A DNA stretch of 64,000 bases. It comes from Eledone cirrhosa (lineage: Eukaryota). Location: positions 123,380,001 to 123,444,000 of the forward strand of contig OZ024740.1 of assembly GCA_964016885.1 (NCBI GenBank), read 5' to 3'. The notes beneath the pieces were generated by a model. That model was not told where the DNA came from. It worked only from the letters and a program-made list of their open reading frames with translations, and did not search any database. Each line of letters begins with the position of its first letter. Positions within the stretch are counted from its first letter, which is position 1. Below are positions 10,120-22,689 of this stretch, one piece after another. The translations under genes and the position numbers were made by a program.

Positions 10120-12760
10120 GCCCTACGTTTGATATGGTGACTGTGGCAGCTATCGCTAGCTGTTCTCCGTGGCAATGCTTTCGTTATTGTATCTGCGGGG
10201 CGTAGCAGCTGAACCATATCGTCTAGACAACGCTGGAGATTCTGACAACATCTCAGCCGATCCTCGGCGCATTAAAACACATTGTATCCGCGGGGCACAC
10301 AGCTGAGCCATATCGTCCAGCCAACGGTAAAGATTCCGACAACACAAGAGATAATCCTTTGCCCCTGAAAACAAATTTTATCTTTTGTCACTTTCGAGGG
10401 ATGCAAATCCCGAATTCGGGATGCAAGGGCTGTGACTCTTTCACGGCGCCAACCTTATCACTTTGGCTAAAAGCCCGGGCGTTGCTGTCTGCAAGCAAGG
10501 GAATTAAAGATAGTTAAATGCCGGAGCCTGATCGACCGTTTTCTCTTTGTACTGGTCTCCGTCGGGATCTCTGTTTGCTTCGTCCCCGCCCTGCTGATTT
10601 CCTCCCTAAAGTCAGAAAGATAGCAGCCCGGATGAGAAAGGACCCCCCCCCCCCGCCAGGTGACCTGGATGTTGCAGTAGGTGTCTCGTTACTCTCAACT
10701 GTAACGTTTCACATAGCGCAGCTGACACAACGCTTAGACAGCGGTCAGTGTGTCTTCCCTACTCTCTTTCTTTCCTTGCTTAATTCTTTTTTTTTTTTTA
10801 CTTTTTCTTCCTTTATATAAACAGCGGGTGGAGGCCGAAAGGGTCCACGGTGGATCCGCTGCGACATTGGTGTGGCTCGCAGATCCGGAGGCCGAGCCTC
10901 AAGGAAACGCCAATGTACAGGCTATTATTGTCTAGTTGCGTGACAGTGGAGAAGGGCAGGGCATGGAGCCACTGTGAGTTTCGGAGGCCGGACGAAAACA
11001 GGCAAGGCGGTGCTGGTCGAGCTGGCGCGTAGGCCTGTCTGAGGCCAGGCTGCACTGGATGGCATCGTAAATGCTTTGGGGGGAGGGGGGTGACATAAAC
11101 AGGGGCATGAGGAGGAGGGACGTCTACTGTGCTGAGTCCCAGCTGGTCCCACGTCTCGCAGGCGGCCTCACGTTCTCTGAACACAGAGGGTTCTATTGTT
11201 TTGGAGAACCCTGCTGACGAGGATGCGGCACGAGGTTACCGACGAAAGATACGCCGGCAAAGCCAGTGAGATCGGGAACCGGAGGCCATGGCCGCCTTAC
11301 CTGAGAGGTAAGATGTGTGAGTGTAGCACGAAGCGCTGCGAAGGGTATAGAGGAGCTTCGGCATGGCGAAGCAGTTCCTCAACAGAAAGAGGGCTAGGTG
11401 GCCGTCGATCAAGCCCAGTCGGCTCGTGAGAGTCTGGAGTTGTTGAAGCCTGGACCTGATGGTGGCGCCGATGACCGGCGGGTGGATCGGTGACCCGAGG
11501 ATAAGGACATCCTCTTTAGGGGTGACCTGTACCTGGTGGAGAATGGGCCGCACGTCCGAGACGGATGCTGCAAAGCTCTCACCACCTCCGACTTAGCTGA
11601 GTTGACCTGGAGGCCGATTAACCTGGGTTCTGCTGCACGTCGGGCTGAGAAGGCTAAACTCCTCAAATACCTGTCGCTCTCCGACAGGTTTGCGGTTGTA
11701 CCCCTGGCAGTGGAGACTTCTTGTGTCCTTGACCCTAGGGCTACCTCCCTACTCACCACCATAGGCGCTAAGCTGGCCAGCCGCAGGTGTGATTTTTCCA
11801 GCGCGTCTCCCTTTCTGTCCTCCGGGGAAACGCCTTTCTCCATTCTGACCGCCGGGGCTGGAGCGGAGCCCGATCGCGTATCATTCCATATTTAGTTGTG
11901 GTCAGTGTGTGTGTGTTTGTATATATTGCTTTTGTTTTCATTCAGCATCATGTCATTCTTCATTGCTTTTCTCTACTAATGAATTATATTTGGAAAAATA
12001 AAATAATCTGTAGCTACCATTGTAAATAGAATTGAGAATGTTTCCGTTATTTCATTCTGAAATTAGAGTGTTTCGTCACATTAACAATTCTGACGTCACC
12101 AATAATACAGTCTCGCGTCAATTCCTTCAACGAAAGTTACGAAATCATTAAGTTTACCGTCGAAGTATTTGTTGTCTCAACGGAGGTATTGAGAGATATA
12201 AATTTATATATAAATACCCTGGAGTAACATTCTACGGAATTACATTTTTTAATCCGATTTGTAATGCTCACAGTTATCAAGTGTGAACTGTTTCTCAATA
12301 AGTAAGTTGTCATCTTCTTAAACATCTCTTGTGTAACCAAAACAGAGATATTTTACAGTGTTTTTGTTTTACTTTTAGCCACTCTTTTCATGGAACCTAT
12401 TTGGTTTTGATATATTTAAAAATATATTTCCTTCGTTTGCTTACCTATACATTTTCTTTTATCAAATTATGTATGTTCGTTCACCAAGATCTCGGGAAAC
12501 ATTCAGATTCTTTTATTTAAAAACATACGTTTCATAATGTTTTACATGTAGTTCCCTAAAGTTATTTGTCTGTCTGTTAAAATTGATATTCTGGAAAAAC
12601 TGGAGAGGGTGTTGTATTTTAATTTGGGGTTTTCCATTTTTGTCGGTTGGGCCAACTTTAGGAAGCAAAATTTATGAAAGTCATTTGTCCCACAGCAGAA
12701 TTTCATGTAGCATGTAATTGAATACGCACGTCTCTCGAATTATTTTCTCTGATGAATTCT
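10120..12760. repeat. Repeat unit U3, interrupted at ~10826-12008 by a CRE-like element
   Basis: Collinear with U1; U1 AACAGC/TTAGTTACCATTGTAAA is split here by the insertion; internal ~90-bp duplication at ~10187-10345. Confidence 0.85.
10826..12008. mobile_element. CRE-clade-like (restriction-like endonuclease) non-LTR retrotransposon, 5'-truncated with inverted 5' part
   Basis: Plus ~11625-11790: GSAARRAEKAKLLKYLSL..FAVVPLAVET, then 3' UTR and an A-rich end. Minus ~10826-11625: GLQVNSAKSEV, LLRNCFAMPKLLYTLRS, WLHALP..QLDNNSLYIGVSLRLG..ICEPHQC..VDPFGLHPL. Confidence 0.85.
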
Positions 12761-12983
12761 TATTTCTTTTGTAAATCATATTTATTATATGAATTGATTT
12801 GATATGTTCAATATTTTCGAGTAAATGTAAATAGTCATCAATTAATTATTTTGTTTTTCACTTTTACGTTTTATATATTTTGTAATCACTTTTTACATAA
12901 ACACAAAACATATATAATGTGATTTACAACAGAAGCAGATAAATAAATATGAGTCAGAAAGATAAGAAATTATTTTCATGTTA

Positions 12984-13169
12984 AATAATTGTTTCTACTT
13001 TTAGGCACAAGGCCAGCAATTACCCAGTGCATTACTGGTACTTTATTTTATCGACCCCGTAAGGATGAAAGGCAAAGTCAAACTCGGCGGGATTTGAACT
13101 CAGATCGTAAAGGGACGTAACTATGCTGGAAAGCATGGCGTCCGACCCTCTACCGATACTGCCAATCCA
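12984..13169 (-). mobile_element. tRNA-derived SINE, young family
   Basis: Minus: A-box-like TGGCAGTATCGG, B-box GAGTTCAAATCCC, central GACTTTGCCTTTCATCCTTACGGGGTCGATAAAATAAAGTACCAG; near-identical to the copies at 16579 and 60075. Confidence 0.9.
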
Positions 13170-13231
13170 AATGTTCAGACATCTGTCGTAAAGAAAACGT
13201 GTACAAGTAGATGTTTTCAAAATTCACATTG

Positions 13232-13410
13232 CTGTTGTTTAGCGAACCGTCAATCCTGATAAAAAGAGAGCGATATATGAACAGCGACTATCCATTCAAT
13301 TATTTTATTTAATCACTATCAAGGAATATATTAGCCAATATTACCCTCCTTTCTAAGACAGAAATATGTAACTTGAGACAGATTTGGTTGTTATTTCTAG
13401 CAAGCCAATT
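13232..13410 (+). repeat. Old dispersed short repeat family (other copies ~21765-21910 +, ~40540-40600 -, ~58088-58265 +)
   Basis: Shared GTTGTTTAGC start and GATTTGG(C/T)TG(C/T)TATTTCTAGCA end among copies within the window. Confidence 0.55.
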
Positions 13411-13529
13411 GTTTGTTGATCTTGTGAAGGTTTAACAAAATTTGGCAAAATTATCATTTGAAAAGTTATTTTATGGGGTATATTATTCCACTGGTAGTTG
13501 TTATCTTCCTCTTTTTAACCCACTTATTC

Positions 13530-14445
13530 ATGAGTCCTGGGGGCAGTCCTCAAGCACGCTTTCCAGTGGGTGCTGTCAGAAACAACCGTCTCCAATTGAT
13601 CCAGATTGATAGCCAAGCGAGACCAGCCGTGCTCATGGATGTTGTCTAACCAACTTGTTCGGAGTCTAACACTGGGTCTGTTGTCGGTTGGTTTTTCCCG
13701 TAAGATATGTCTAGCTATTCGTTTGTAGTTATATATATTATAACTACACATTCGTAATATCGGAGCTGTCATCACTCAATTCGGAGATGTAGCGGTCTTC
13801 TTGGAACAATTATCTGGTCTCGGGACTACATATTCTATCAAGTAACATTGCTCCCACGACCCTTCGGAAGAAACCCATTCCGGCCACTTTTATTACCCAA
13901 GATTCATGACCAGGGATAAGGTTGACCCGAATAAAGAATTGAAGATGAGTTTAGCTTTTATACCCACCACCCCTCTTCTGGTGGCGGATGGCTGCAGCTC
14001 GCTTATTACTGCAGCCCACCTGCAATTCTTGCACTTATTCAGCCTCACAAAGTCAATAACTCGTGAACACAGCCTCGAGAGCTTCAACGTCTCCACCAGT
14101 TTTAGTGGAAATCCACTCACACGTGATGTGCATTGTGTAGGCTTCCTAGCGTGCATATCATACCTGCCGTGTATCTCACGCCATCAAACCTATTAAGTGC
14201 ATGACAAAGATCACCTACAGACGAGTTAAGTAGAACCATGGCATCAGCAAATTCCAGTCGACTGTTCCTACACACTACTGTCTTGATACCAATTCCAGCC
14301 CGGCTGCGCAATTCAATCCTGCCCATAAAGATTATGAATAGAGGACGTGAAAATACGCACCTTTGGCAGAGTCCGACACCCACATTGAATGGTTTTGATA
14401 TAGCACCATTTATCGGAACAAATATACAACAGCATTTGTATTTAG
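13530..14445 (-). mobile_element. RTE-clade LINE (Rex3/Expander-like), decayed 3' portion
   Basis: VGVGLCQRCVFSRPLFIIFMGRI..SRLEFADAMVLLNSS..DL (RT core); RPSVRLRTSWLDNI..GWSRLAI..LETVVSD..W (C-terminus). Confidence 0.82.
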
Positions 14446-14694
14446 ACATGTATGTGAGAAGGAGAGTCTGCGTTTTACCGTTATTTTTTACGTCTTTGTC
14501 TTATCCGCCCCATTTTGACTATATATATATATATATTCTAACCCCAAATCTAGCCCAATCCCCACTAACCACCCTAACCTTCGTGAAGTACGGTTAACCA
14601 AAAAACGAATTTTCATCGGTTTTAAAAGTCAGATTTATTGAAATAGCAAAGAAAACTCCGTGAATTAGTTTCCATTTTCTAAAAGGAAGATTTG

Positions 14695-15017
14695 GAGGTC
14701 TGATGAAAGAACCTAGAGAAACGTCTCCCCGAACGGCAGACGGATGTTTTTCTATAAATTTACCTATATATTTACCGATAATGAACTGCTTTTGAATATG
14801 TATAAGTTGTCATCTTTTGAAAATCTCTTGTTCAGCCAAAACAGACATGTTTTACAATGTTTTTCCCGTTTAGCCACCATTTTCAAGAAATATATTTGGT
14901 ATGAAATATATTGAGATATTTAATTATTTCTGCTTTAACTAATTTGTGAGTTTTTTGTTATCAAAATGTTTAAGTGAACAACAAAAGCAATTATTAAACC
15001 TTGAAAATAATTTCCTA
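14695..15017. repeat. Repeat unit U4 partial (duplicated at ~15846-16168; resumes ~19056-19285 after the Penelope insertion)
   Basis: ATGAACTG..TAAGTTGTCATC..ATCTCTTG..AAAACAGACAT..TTTAGCCAC matches U2/U3; 19056-19285 matches ~8283-8340 plus 9866-10080. Confidence 0.7.
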
Positions 15018-15095
15018 TATATATATATATATATATATGAAATTGAAAAAGTGAACAATAACATGGTCAACAGTATAAACAAGGAAATTTCTTTA

Positions 15096-15201
15096 CAGTC
15101 TAACAATTGTTTCTATGATAGAGTTGTGTAAAAATTGCTAAACACTGAAGTTAGTGTCAATTTAAAAGACATGCAACCTCCATCATTTCGTCAGAGAACT
15201 G
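15096..15201 (-). ncRNA. Type I hammerhead ribozyme of the Penelope-like element (duplicated copy)
   Basis: Minus: CAGTTCT-CTGACGA-aATGATGGAGGTTG...CAACTCTATCATa-GAAA-CAATTG-TT-AGACTG. Intact core, long stem II, palindromic minimal stem III, stem I with one bulge. Confidence 0.75.
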
Positions 15202-16246
15202 AGAAAAAATACAAAATATATGCGTAACGGTAAATTTATAAATTCAAATTACTACATCAATAATAATATTAATAATAAAGATATAGAGAGAAATAAATGA
15301 AGGGGGACAGATGGAAAAGAGGGGGAAAAAGAACAACGAAAGAGAAAACGAAAATACAGTTAAATGCAAATTCCGGCAAAATTACGAAATCAAACTATCA
15401 CATCAAAATAAAGATAATATTAATAATTGTTTCTACTTTTTGGCACAAGGCCAGCAATTACCCAGTGCATTACTGGTACTTTATTTTTGAATAGAGGACG
15501 TGAAAATACGCACCTTTGGCAGAGTCCGACACCCACATTGAATGGTTTTGATATAGCACCATTTATCGGAACAAATATACAACAGCATTTGTATTTAGAC
15601 ATGTATGTGAGAAGGAGAGTCTGCGTTTTACCGTTATTTTTTACGTCTTTGTCTTATCCGCCCCATTTTGACTATATATATATATATATTCTAACCCCAA
15701 ATCTAGCCCAATCCCCACTAACCACTCTAACCTTCGTGAAGTACGGTTAACCAAAAAACGAATTTTCATCGGTTTTAAAAGTCAGATTTATTGAAATAGC
15801 AAAGAAAACTCCGTGAATTAGTTTCCATTTTCTAAAAGGAAGATTTGGAGGTCTGATGAAAGAACCTAGAGAAACGTCTCCCCGAACGGCAGACGGATGT
15901 TTTTCTATAAATTTACCTATATATTTACCGATAATGAACTGCTTTTGAATATGTATAAGTTGTCATCTTTTGAAAATCTCTTGTTCAGCCAAAACAGACA
16001 TGTTTTACAATGTTTTTCCCGTTTAGCCACCATTTTCAAGAAATATATTTGGTATGAAATATATTGAGATATTTAATTATTTCTGCTTTAACTAATTTGT
16101 GAGTTTTTTGTTATCAAAATGTTTAAGTGAACAACAAAAGCAATTATTAAACCTTGAAAATAATTTCCTATATATATATATATATATATGAAATTGAAAA
16201 AGTGAACAATAACATGGTCAACAGTATAAACAAGGAAATTTCTTTA

Positions 16247-16352
16247 CAGTCTAACAATTGTTTCTATGATAGAGTTGTGTAAAAATTGCTAAACACTGAA
16301 GTTAGTGTCAATTTAAAAGACATGCAACCTCCATCATTTCGTCAGAGAACTG
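16247..16352 (-). ncRNA. Type I hammerhead ribozyme of the Penelope-like element
   Basis: Same sequence as 15096-15201; same strand as and 3' of the PLE ORF. Confidence 0.75.
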
Positions 16353-16578
16353 AGAAAAAATACAAAATATATGCGTAACGGTAAATTTATAAATTCAAAT
16401 TACTACATCAATAATAATATTAATAATAAAGATATAGAGAGAAATAAATGAAGGGGGACAGATGGAAAAGAGGGGGAAAAAGAGCAACGAAAGAGAAAAC
16501 GAAAATACAGTTAAATGCAAATTCCGGCAAAATTACGAAATCAAACTATCACATCAAAATAAAGATAATATTAATAAT

Positions 16579-16760
16579 TGCTTCTACTTTTTGGCACAAG
16601 GCCAGCAAATACCCAGTGCATTACTGGTACTTTATTTTCATAAGGATGAAAGGCAAAGTTAACCTCGGCGGGATTTGAACTCAGAATGGCAAGGGCCGTA
16701 ACTCTATGCGTCAAAGCATGGCGTCCGACCCTCTACCGATACTGCCAATCCACCGCCATC
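16579..16760 (-). mobile_element. tRNA-derived SINE inserted in the PLE 3' region, 15-bp TSD
   Basis: GATAATATTAATAAT at 16564-16578 and 16761-16775; same family as 12984; partial copy at ~15422-15487. Confidence 0.9.
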
Positions 16761-17539
16761 GATAATATTAATAATAAAAATACATATAGAAAGAAAAGAG
16801 AGGGGATAGATGTATTAGAGGTAGAGAAGAAAACGAAGGATGAATAAGGAAAAATATAGAGGAAGATAAATAAAGAAAAAGAAAGCAGGTAGAGACAGTA
16901 ATTGTTGATGAATACAGTCAGAAATATGATGGGGAGAAGGAGAAAGATAAACAGACAGACGAAAATACATTAATACAAGAATGAAAGCGAGTGAAAAATT
17001 GAGATTTAAGTATAGAAACAAATAAATAAATACATAAATAAAAGAATAGATAAATAAATAAACAGATAGATGAGTGAATAAACAATTTACATCTATTGTT
17101 ATATAAAATAATATAATATCTGGAACGTAGAGATGAGAATAAATAAATAAATAAATGGGTTGAGAGACTAATAAGAGTAGTATTAATGTTGTTAATGTTA
17201 TTGCGAATAGTTATTGATTATTATTAAATATGGATAGATGTAAAGTTGAAAATATTATAATATTGGATATATTAATGTGTGTATTGGATATTTTAATAAG
17301 TAAATTACCTAGTTTAAGATGTATTGCATGATAAAATAAAATGATCGAGATGAAATAGGTTTAAGTAGAGAAATGCAAAGACAAAAGGTGAAAGATAGAG
17401 GTGTATAAAATAATAATGTAAATACAAGATGTTCTGATGTTGTTCTTTGGTAATTATTATGGTGACAATGGTGCTGATAATGTGATATCGTAATAGATTG
17501 TAATGTTATAAAAGGGATAAGGAATAGAAAATGGAATTA

Positions 17540-18990
17540 AGTTGGTCTAAAGTTCTCGAATTTCTTTGCTGATTTGTGCCTACGAAAAATAGTTCGTTCA
17601 ATTCTACTGTTAAGAAGGGTTTTTCTGAAATTAAGAATTTGGAAAAGCTCCATATTACAGAGCCTGCAATGGGACATACCAATTTGATAGGCTTTTGCTT
17701 TAGACAATATTGTCCAACTGATATCGTATTCAATGCTTCATTCCTGAGTTGCCAGATTTTGTTGGAGATAGTTGTTGTATTTGATTGATTCTTATTAATC
17801 ATCGAATGTCTGTGCACGTACCACCGTTTTTTAAATTCACCAGCTAAGGAACCAATGTAATACCATGCCAAGCTACCTAAATTTATAGTACACAGGTATA
17901 CTAAATTTTTCTCCAGGCATCTGTTTAGTAGAGGACATTTGTCAGGTTAGTGGCAGTTGCATAAAGATGCTTTCCTATGCGCCGTTTCTACTATATGATT
18001 TTGTAAATGATTATGTATGGGCTGCGAATTAGGTTTGTTGATGTATTGTGGTGTTGTGCTCGGGCGTGAGTTCGGTTGCCATGATGTAATATGCGTGTGT
18101 TCTGTATTTGGTGATATGGTACTTATTTGCGGGCTACTTGAATTATGAATTCTTTTGTAGTTAATTTTGTGAATGTGCGATTCTATGTTGTTGGCAGTGG
18201 AGTATGATAGTTTGATAGTTTTTCTATTAAAGATTTTATGATATTTATGAATTTTAGGGAAGTGTTTGTCAACTAATTTAAAGAAAGTGAAAGGAATCTT
18301 AGTTTTAATAGAGGAGTTAAACATTGGATTAAACCATAAGTAATTTCTATTTCTGCATCTTCTATGGCTAATAGTGGATTTTATATTAGCACTCTGTTCA
18401 TTTAAATTACGTGTATGCTGCCAATTTATGCGTTTAATTCTAGGTTTGTTGTTTCTATCGTTGAGGAAAGTATTACTAACATTAAGTGTGTTGCTATTTT
18501 TTGTGTCTGGTATGTATTTGAGTCGCTTTTTATGGCCTGCCTTAAGTAAAGCTAAGTTGTAGTAACTAGCGTGTTCGTTAAAATCTACTGGTTAGAAGAT
18601 AGGCGCGAGATTCTAAGGGATATACTATGCGCTATGGAGTTAAGTATGGATCTAGGATGGTTAGAGTTATAGTCAATGTAAGCTAACTTTTCATTATTCT
18701 TATGGAAGTGTTCTATTAGTCATGAGTTATGGTTAAACGATACGTCTAAGAAGTTGACTCGTTTACAGTTAGGTTCAAATGTAATGCTAAGGCCTAAATC
18801 GTTAAAGAATTTTCTAAACTTTTTCCTTAATCTTTCCAAGTTCTGGCTATTTAAGTTTCTAGCTAAATGTAGAGTATCGTCTCTATAGATTCCGCCTTGT
18901 AGGTTACCAAATTCTCTATGTAAGAAATATGATTTGGGCTGAGTCGCTTGATCCCATAGTTATATCGAAGTTATTCTGTCTATTTGTACG
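17540..18990 (-). pseudogene. PLE reverse transcriptase / GIY-YIG endonuclease, disrupted
   Basis: ORF track 17506-17871 and 17947-18324 plus RT motifs upstream; stops and frameshifts present. Confidence 0.9.
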
Positions 18991-19006
18991 CTCTCAGTAG
19001 CTGTTG

Positions 19007-19057
<51 letters not shown>

Positions 19058-19306
19058 TTCGTAATATTTTACTCGCCCCTTTCTGTAAACTTATATGATT
19101 GTATGTTAAATTTGACATTCTGAAGATACTGTTGAGTGTTGTGTCGTTGTATGCGAATCTGAGGTTTTCATTTTTCTCGTGTAGATGTAATATGTAGGAA
19201 GCAAATGTTTATAAAATTATAATTATTTCCAAAAGAATATTTTTGAGAGTGCACATTTTCTGGGGCCTTTTCTGATTAATTACCATTCGTATTTTCTCTC
19301 ATATTT

Positions 19307-19368
<62 letters not shown>

Positions 19369-19371
<3 letters not shown>

Positions 19372-20162
19372 TTTCAACAAATGATCAGACTCTTTCACTC
19401 AACAACAGAGAATTAAAAAAAATGCATTAACAAATACAAACCACTATTAAATATGTAATTTTTCCCCATTAGACAATAAATAGCGATCAATGGGTGTGAA
19501 TAACCAAATTTACACACACACACTCACGTCACAAAATAAAAATAAAAACCATAACTCCAAGGAATTCTCAACTAAAGACTGTTATTCTTCCCTTTCTTCC
19601 TTTTCTCTTTCTTTTCTTCCTTCAGTTCTCGATTTCTCTTCTTTCCTCTTATATTTATTATTTTATTATATATATTTTATTTATTATTATAGATTATTAC
19701 TATTAATTTTCTTTCTCTTCTGCAAATCCTCTAGGAACCCAGCCTCTGTGGACTTTCCTCGGGACCATTTTCAATCATATTTATGCCTATATTTTTTATT
19801 TATATTAGTAATGTTATCCTAGCTTTCATCTGTAAACCCTAAACATATTTTATCTTAATACAAGGGGCACACACATACACATCACAAGACATTAGAAAAA
19901 CTATATCCACACTTAACTGTTTTCATCTTTTACAATTGAACCCACATTAATTCCCACCCAAAACCCTTACATCAAAAATGCCATCTGGACTATTATTATT
20001 ATCTCCACCTTAATACCCACACAAACACCTACACATCAAAACCCCATTTGTACCATTATTATGAATGGTAAAACGTTTTATATTTTTGACCAAGTAAATT
20101 CAATTGTATCTTGACCTGTTGAACACCACTCCCATCTTCATCACTCTACCTTCATAAAGTAC
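19369..20162 (+). mobile_element. Possible second Penelope-like 3' fragment between (TA)n tracts
   Basis: SLNNREL..C.NKYK-like remnant near 19395-19440, then pyrimidine-rich UTR-like sequence; bounded by TA repeats. Confidence 0.3.
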
Positions 20163-20717
20163 ATATATATATATATATATATATGAGGAAATTTGACAAA
20201 TTCACATACATTCAAACTGTTCATAGAATACATCTAAAAAAACATTTGTCTCAGTCTTTGTCTGCTTGAAAAACTTAATATCTACCTATATATGTCAAGC
20301 TATCTATGTGCAAGATCTAATATAAAACAACTATTGTATCTCTACTTTAATGTTTTTCTACCATATCTCTAATGATATACACTGCCAAATTGTTTTAAGA
20401 AATTGAACAATTTAAGAAATTTACTAAAATAACTATTTCATTCTTAAGCTAATGAATAAAACGTTCTTGCATAAAATGAGGATAGGATGTTTTAGTATAA
20501 ACACTTTAAATCAGGCAGTTTGTTTTGCAGAACCAGAACTGTTGGGAATGTTGGTGTCAAAAGATCTTGAACTATAAAGTACCATAGTGACATAGTGTAT
20601 CTTCAGCATTTTGAAGCTGTCAGTATCCAACCACTCTATAAGTCTGAAGACAGCTGATTTCATTTAGAAGAGAGAGTGAGAGAGAAGTAGTAAGAGAGAA
20701 TTATAAAAGAAGAGTCA

Positions 20718-20860
20718 ACTCCAGTACTACGCTACTACTTTATTTATCGACCACAAAAGGATGAAAGGCATAGTTGATCTTGGTGGGCCTTGAACTGAGA
20801 GTGCAGAGAATCAGAACATATACTGAAAAATATTCTAATCACTCTGCCAATTCACCATTT
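20718..20860 (-). mobile_element. Older tRNA-derived SINE copy
   Basis: TACTTTATTTATCGACC..AAAGGATGAAAGGCA.AGTTGA..TTGAACT..CTCTGCCAATTCACC. Confidence 0.7.
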
Positions 20861-22689
20861 AACAAAATGATATTGCTAGTTGTCATAATCTCCTGAATAT
20901 TGGTAATCAGAAACCCAGTTATTACTTTCTGCTTGTCTTGTACTTTCATATTTTTATTATCCCTTTAAGATGTTTTTGCTATTACAAGATCTAAATCATT
21001 TTTTTTATATTTATTTATTATTTTGATTTTACTTAAAAAATTAAATGATGTTCGTTGTTTCTTAGATTTTTAAATGAAAATATTATAAATATTGATATTT
21101 CCTATGTTGTAATTTAGATCCCAATTCCCCAAAGAAAAAAAAAAGAAAAAAGTAAGTTGATAAACATTTAATAGAATACTCGGTTGGAAATTAAGCAAAC
21201 AAATAAAGCAATATATAAATGAAACTAGTTGAAACCATTGGCAAATATCAAACGTAACCTTAAGTAAATTAAACGTATCCCCACAGCTCTTGGTGGTTAC
21301 GATATAATTAGACTTTATCAAACATGTCATGTTTGCTTGTATTTTCTGTAGAATTCTGCTATAGATAGTGTAATACCCATAGTCTCTAAACAAATATATT
21401 ATTTGCAGTATCAATAGTAAAGGTTTAATATGTGTGAGAATAAAATAAAAACAAAAATAGGTAATGTAAAGTATATTACCATAAAAAGATAAAATAATCA
21501 AACATAATGATAATAAGGAAATCATGAAATTAAAAAGAAACATTTCTTTCTCCGAAACTTGCTGATCTCTGAACACCCTTACTTTAAACAGCTATAAACA
21601 TGGACACTTTATTAAAAAGGATAACTGAGAGGCGAGCAATGTACACAGGAATTTAAGGTGAAAATAACATTTGTTTCAATTATCAAATATTGTTATTGAT
21701 ACTTAATGTAAAATCTTCCTGCACGTGCAAATAAATACACCTGTTTCCTTTAGTCTGGATTTTCTATTTAGCCCTGAATCATAGTCTAATAGCTCCATGA
21801 TCAAGTGAATTCCAACCATAATAATTTTATCCTTGGATCATCTTTTAAGTTAGTGTGCTGGGATTTAAGGTCATTTGGCTGCTTTTATTAGCACATCGAT
21901 CAATCAAATAATGGCTAATACTTATTTACAGCTTAGGGGTTGAGGTGTGTACAATTTTAAGTAGTACGCATATATGCAATCTAATGTAAGTTCATTCTGT
22001 TGCATGAATGAAGACTAGATTACTTCACCAACATGGTTTGGGAGATATACCGAGATAAATGATATGGTTTTTGCCTGCACTTTACTTTGTATAGGGACTA
22101 TGTTGTTGGGGAGTGCAAATGGAAAAGGTTTTTCAGCCAGAGCTTGCTGTCACTCGAGATAGGCACCTGAATCTATACCATAGTAGGCAGCTTTATCAAC
22201 TGACACAAACATATAACCTCTTCTCCTTGGTGTGTGACTAGCAGCTCGGCTTGCATAGGATTTCGAAATACTGCCTAAACCTGGCTGAAATGCATTTACT
22301 CAAAGTTCTACTTGATCAGGTATATCCCTGGACTAAATGAGAACACCAACAAGACAAAACTCAAGTCATTGAAGGGGCTGCCTGCCACAAATATCAACCA
22401 AACCATAAGAAAAGGAAACATTATATAATGTGGGATAAGGTGGAATCAATAACAGGTAAATCTCCTTCAAATTACACACTACTGTCTTTAAAAATAGGAG
22501 GCATGGAGTTATGGTGTCCTTGATACTCCTGAATAAAACATTGGTTTGCTGTTGCTTGAGTGTCTAGTTTGTCTCAATTAGTTTAGATGTGAGATTAAAC
22601 AACAAAATTTGATGATGGGTGGGGTTTCCTCTGACAGGATTGAGAAGGCCCTGGATAAGAATGAATTGGAAGTAGCAACTGAATGTTTT

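Larger units (their letters stand above)
14335..16638. repeat. Near-identical ~1.15-kb tandem duplication (14335-15487 / 15488-16638)
   Basis: Both copies start TGAATAGAGGACGTG; only a few differences visible; junction fuses SINE sequence to RTE sequence. Confidence 0.95.
16190..19010 (-). mobile_element. Penelope-like element, 5'-truncated, bounded by (TA)n
   Basis: RT NFDITMGSSDSAQI (~18935-18975) and GGIYRDD (~18875-18897); WFNPMFNSSIKTKI..LVDKHFP..HKIFNRKTIKLSYS; CNC..CPL..C then VY..YIG..FKKRW.H (GIY-YIG); AT-rich 3' region with hammerhead. Confidence 0.92.

Noticed and set aside
10500-10620. Superficial histone H3-like codons on minus strand
   Set aside because: Translation in all frames does not give histone sequence.
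14695-14745. CTGATGA...GAAACGTCT..AGACG hammerhead-like motif (also ~15852)
   Set aside because: No credible stem II or stem I and no UH after stem III; lies in sequence homologous to the U unit.
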